DNA of 34,696 nucleotides from UHGV virus genome UHGV-0412376; one strand, 5' to 3'. A program made the translations under genes and the position numbers. Under the pieces are notes generated by a model, which saw nothing but the letters and a program-made list of their open reading frames with translations, was not told where the DNA came from and made no database searches. Positions 33,657 through 34,696 of the stretch are shown piece by piece (within the stretch, counting starts at the first letter, position 1; each line of letters starts with the position of its first letter). The DNA comes from a virus.

Positions 33657-33986
33657 TTAAACATATTTTTGAACTGATTTTACCATGTACCCAACGAGGG
33701 TTGATAAAAATCCAGTAGTCATGATGTACCGTTTCTCTTCTACAATCCAGCACCATTTTTCAGGGAGAACGTAATTTAAAGTAAGCGTCGCCAATGCTAC
33801 TATGCAACAAATAACAGCGGTAACCAGCACCCATTTCCAAGCCTGATGCACAGTATGCTTTTTCTCTTTTTCCAAAGCTACTTCATCTCTTTTAGTTTCC
33901 TCTTCTATTTTTTCTATTGTCGGCACAGGCGGAGCCTTGTCCGAATTTACCAAGGCTTTGATCTGGTCATCTAGTTTGGTAGTCAT
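33657..33986 (-). CDS. Small membrane protein; putative toxin partner of the Panacea-domain protein (PanT-like).
   Basis: 109 aa with a charged N-terminus, then the TM helix WKWVLVTAVICCIVALATLTLNYVL and a second hydrophobic segment. Its ATG lies 4 nt after the upstream stop, giving translational coupling. Confidence 0.5.
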   Translation of the reverse strand: MTTKLDDQIKALVNSDKAPPVPTIEKIEEETKRDEVALEKEKKHTVHQAWKWVLVTAVICCIVALATLTLNYVLPEKWCWIVEEKRYIMTTGFLSTLVGYMVKSVQKYV

Positions 33987-33990
33987 TTTT

Positions 33991-34467
33991 TCAAGAAGCA
34001 GAGGGGGTCAGCATTCGGTCAAAATAAATAGCCATTTGCCAGAGGGGGATACGCGAATACTTTTTTTTCTCCCAAGCAGCAGCCCAAGGGGAGTTTGGTT
34101 GGTGAGAAAGTTCCACTAACTGGGGAGCACTCAATTTCCCAAGCTTGTCTACAACATTTTTGATTACATTTTTAGCGTCTTCATCGTCTGTAATCGCGTC
34201 AGGAGATGCTAAAAATCCGGTGATTGGGGTATCTCCCAAATGTTTCAGTTTTTTATAAAGTTCAGGAATGACGGGGCCATAAGTCCATGCTTGGATTTCT
34301 TCTGTAAATAGAGGGTGTTCTAATTGTTTCAGGGCGAATCCCTGCACGAAATAAGCCAGCTTCTGAATTTTCATGTTAGTTACAGATAAGCCTTGCTGCC
34401 AAGCTTCGGTTAATATCTGGTTGGCTATTGCCTCGATGCTATAGGATTTATATTCTATTTTGCACAT
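33991..34467 (-). CDS. Panacea-domain (DUF4065, SocA/PanA-like) antitoxin-type protein.
   Basis: N-terminus ANQILTEAWQQGLSVTNMKIQKLAYFVQGFALKQLEHPLFTEEIQAWTYGPVIPELYKKLK matches the Panacea pattern (..a.....g..vt..KLqKLlYyaqg..L.....pLf.e.ieAW.yGPVvpe.Y). Confidence 0.65.
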   Translation of the reverse strand: MCKIEYKSYSIEAIANQILTEAWQQGLSVTNMKIQKLAYFVQGFALKQLEHPLFTEEIQAWTYGPVIPELYKKLKHLGDTPITGFLASPDAITDDEDAKNVIKNVVDKLGKLSAPQLVELSHQPNSPWAAAWEKKKYSRIPLWQMAIYFDRMLTPSAS

Positions 34468-34684
34468 GTCTCAAGGGGCTGGGATGAACCTATAATATCA
34501 TTGGACCAATAAGCAAGACAAACGTTTCATTAGCCTGCATAGGAGTTCCTGCATACACAACTGGCATCTTTCAATGATTTCATGGAATGTCATGACTTGT
34601 CATCCGGTGAACGGGAAATTGATGACAAAACGTCTTAACGGGGTCACAAGACATCAAATCTCATGAAAAACTGGAAATCCTACC

Positions 34685-34696
34685 CCCCCCCCCCCC
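34685..34696. repeat. Poly-C homopolymer of at least 12 nt at the window edge.
   Basis: Read directly from the sequence; the window ends inside the run. Confidence 0.6.

Overview
Most of this window (about 1.4 to 33.3 kb) is a temperate, siphovirus-like prophage of roughly 60% GC, with almost all genes on the + strand and a tyrosine integrase on the - strand at the right end. Reading left to right it carries an immI-like lysogeny module (two tandem ribbon-helix-helix (RHH) proteins and operator-like palindromes upstream of a Bro-N/KilAC antirepressor), an excisionase-like HTH protein, and a recombination module (RecT, YqaJ-type exonuclease, RuvC-like resolvase). These are followed by a small DNA methyltransferase, a replication-organizer-like gene with embedded iteron-like repeats, terminase small and large subunits, and a tRNA-Arg(CCU)-like gene with its own promoter-like element. 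Then come the portal, a Mu gpI-like protease/scaffold, the major capsid and head-completion genes, a putative major tail protein, a collagen-repeat fibre protein, and a lysis block (TM proteins plus an Amidase_3 endolysin). The right half holds an Ig-like-repeat structural protein, the tape measure, a large tail-tip protein, a glycosyltransferase-like gene and the integrase. Several AT-rich patches (about 38-42% GC) punctuate the high-GC backbone, and those examined closely encode small hydrophobic peptides or membrane proteins (five mini-ORFs of 27-50 aa, and a DUF4339/GYF-like 4-TM protein between the tape measure and the tail tip). The AT-rich right flank beyond the integrase carries the candidate I rate highest for novelty: a tightly coupled Panacea-domain (PanA-like) antitoxin plus small TM-toxin pair, separated from the integrase by a - strand terminator. 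Several conserved genes (terminase small and large subunits, capsid, amidase, collagen-like fibre) have conserved N-terminal sequence lying upstream of any canonical ATG/GTG/TTG start. An in-frame TGA followed by a strong GC hairpin separates the putative major tail protein from the fibre ORF. No CRISPR array, rRNA or reverse transcriptase was seen. Boundary calls are provisional: the left att site is not identifiable in this window, and the right one probably lies in 33241-33530.
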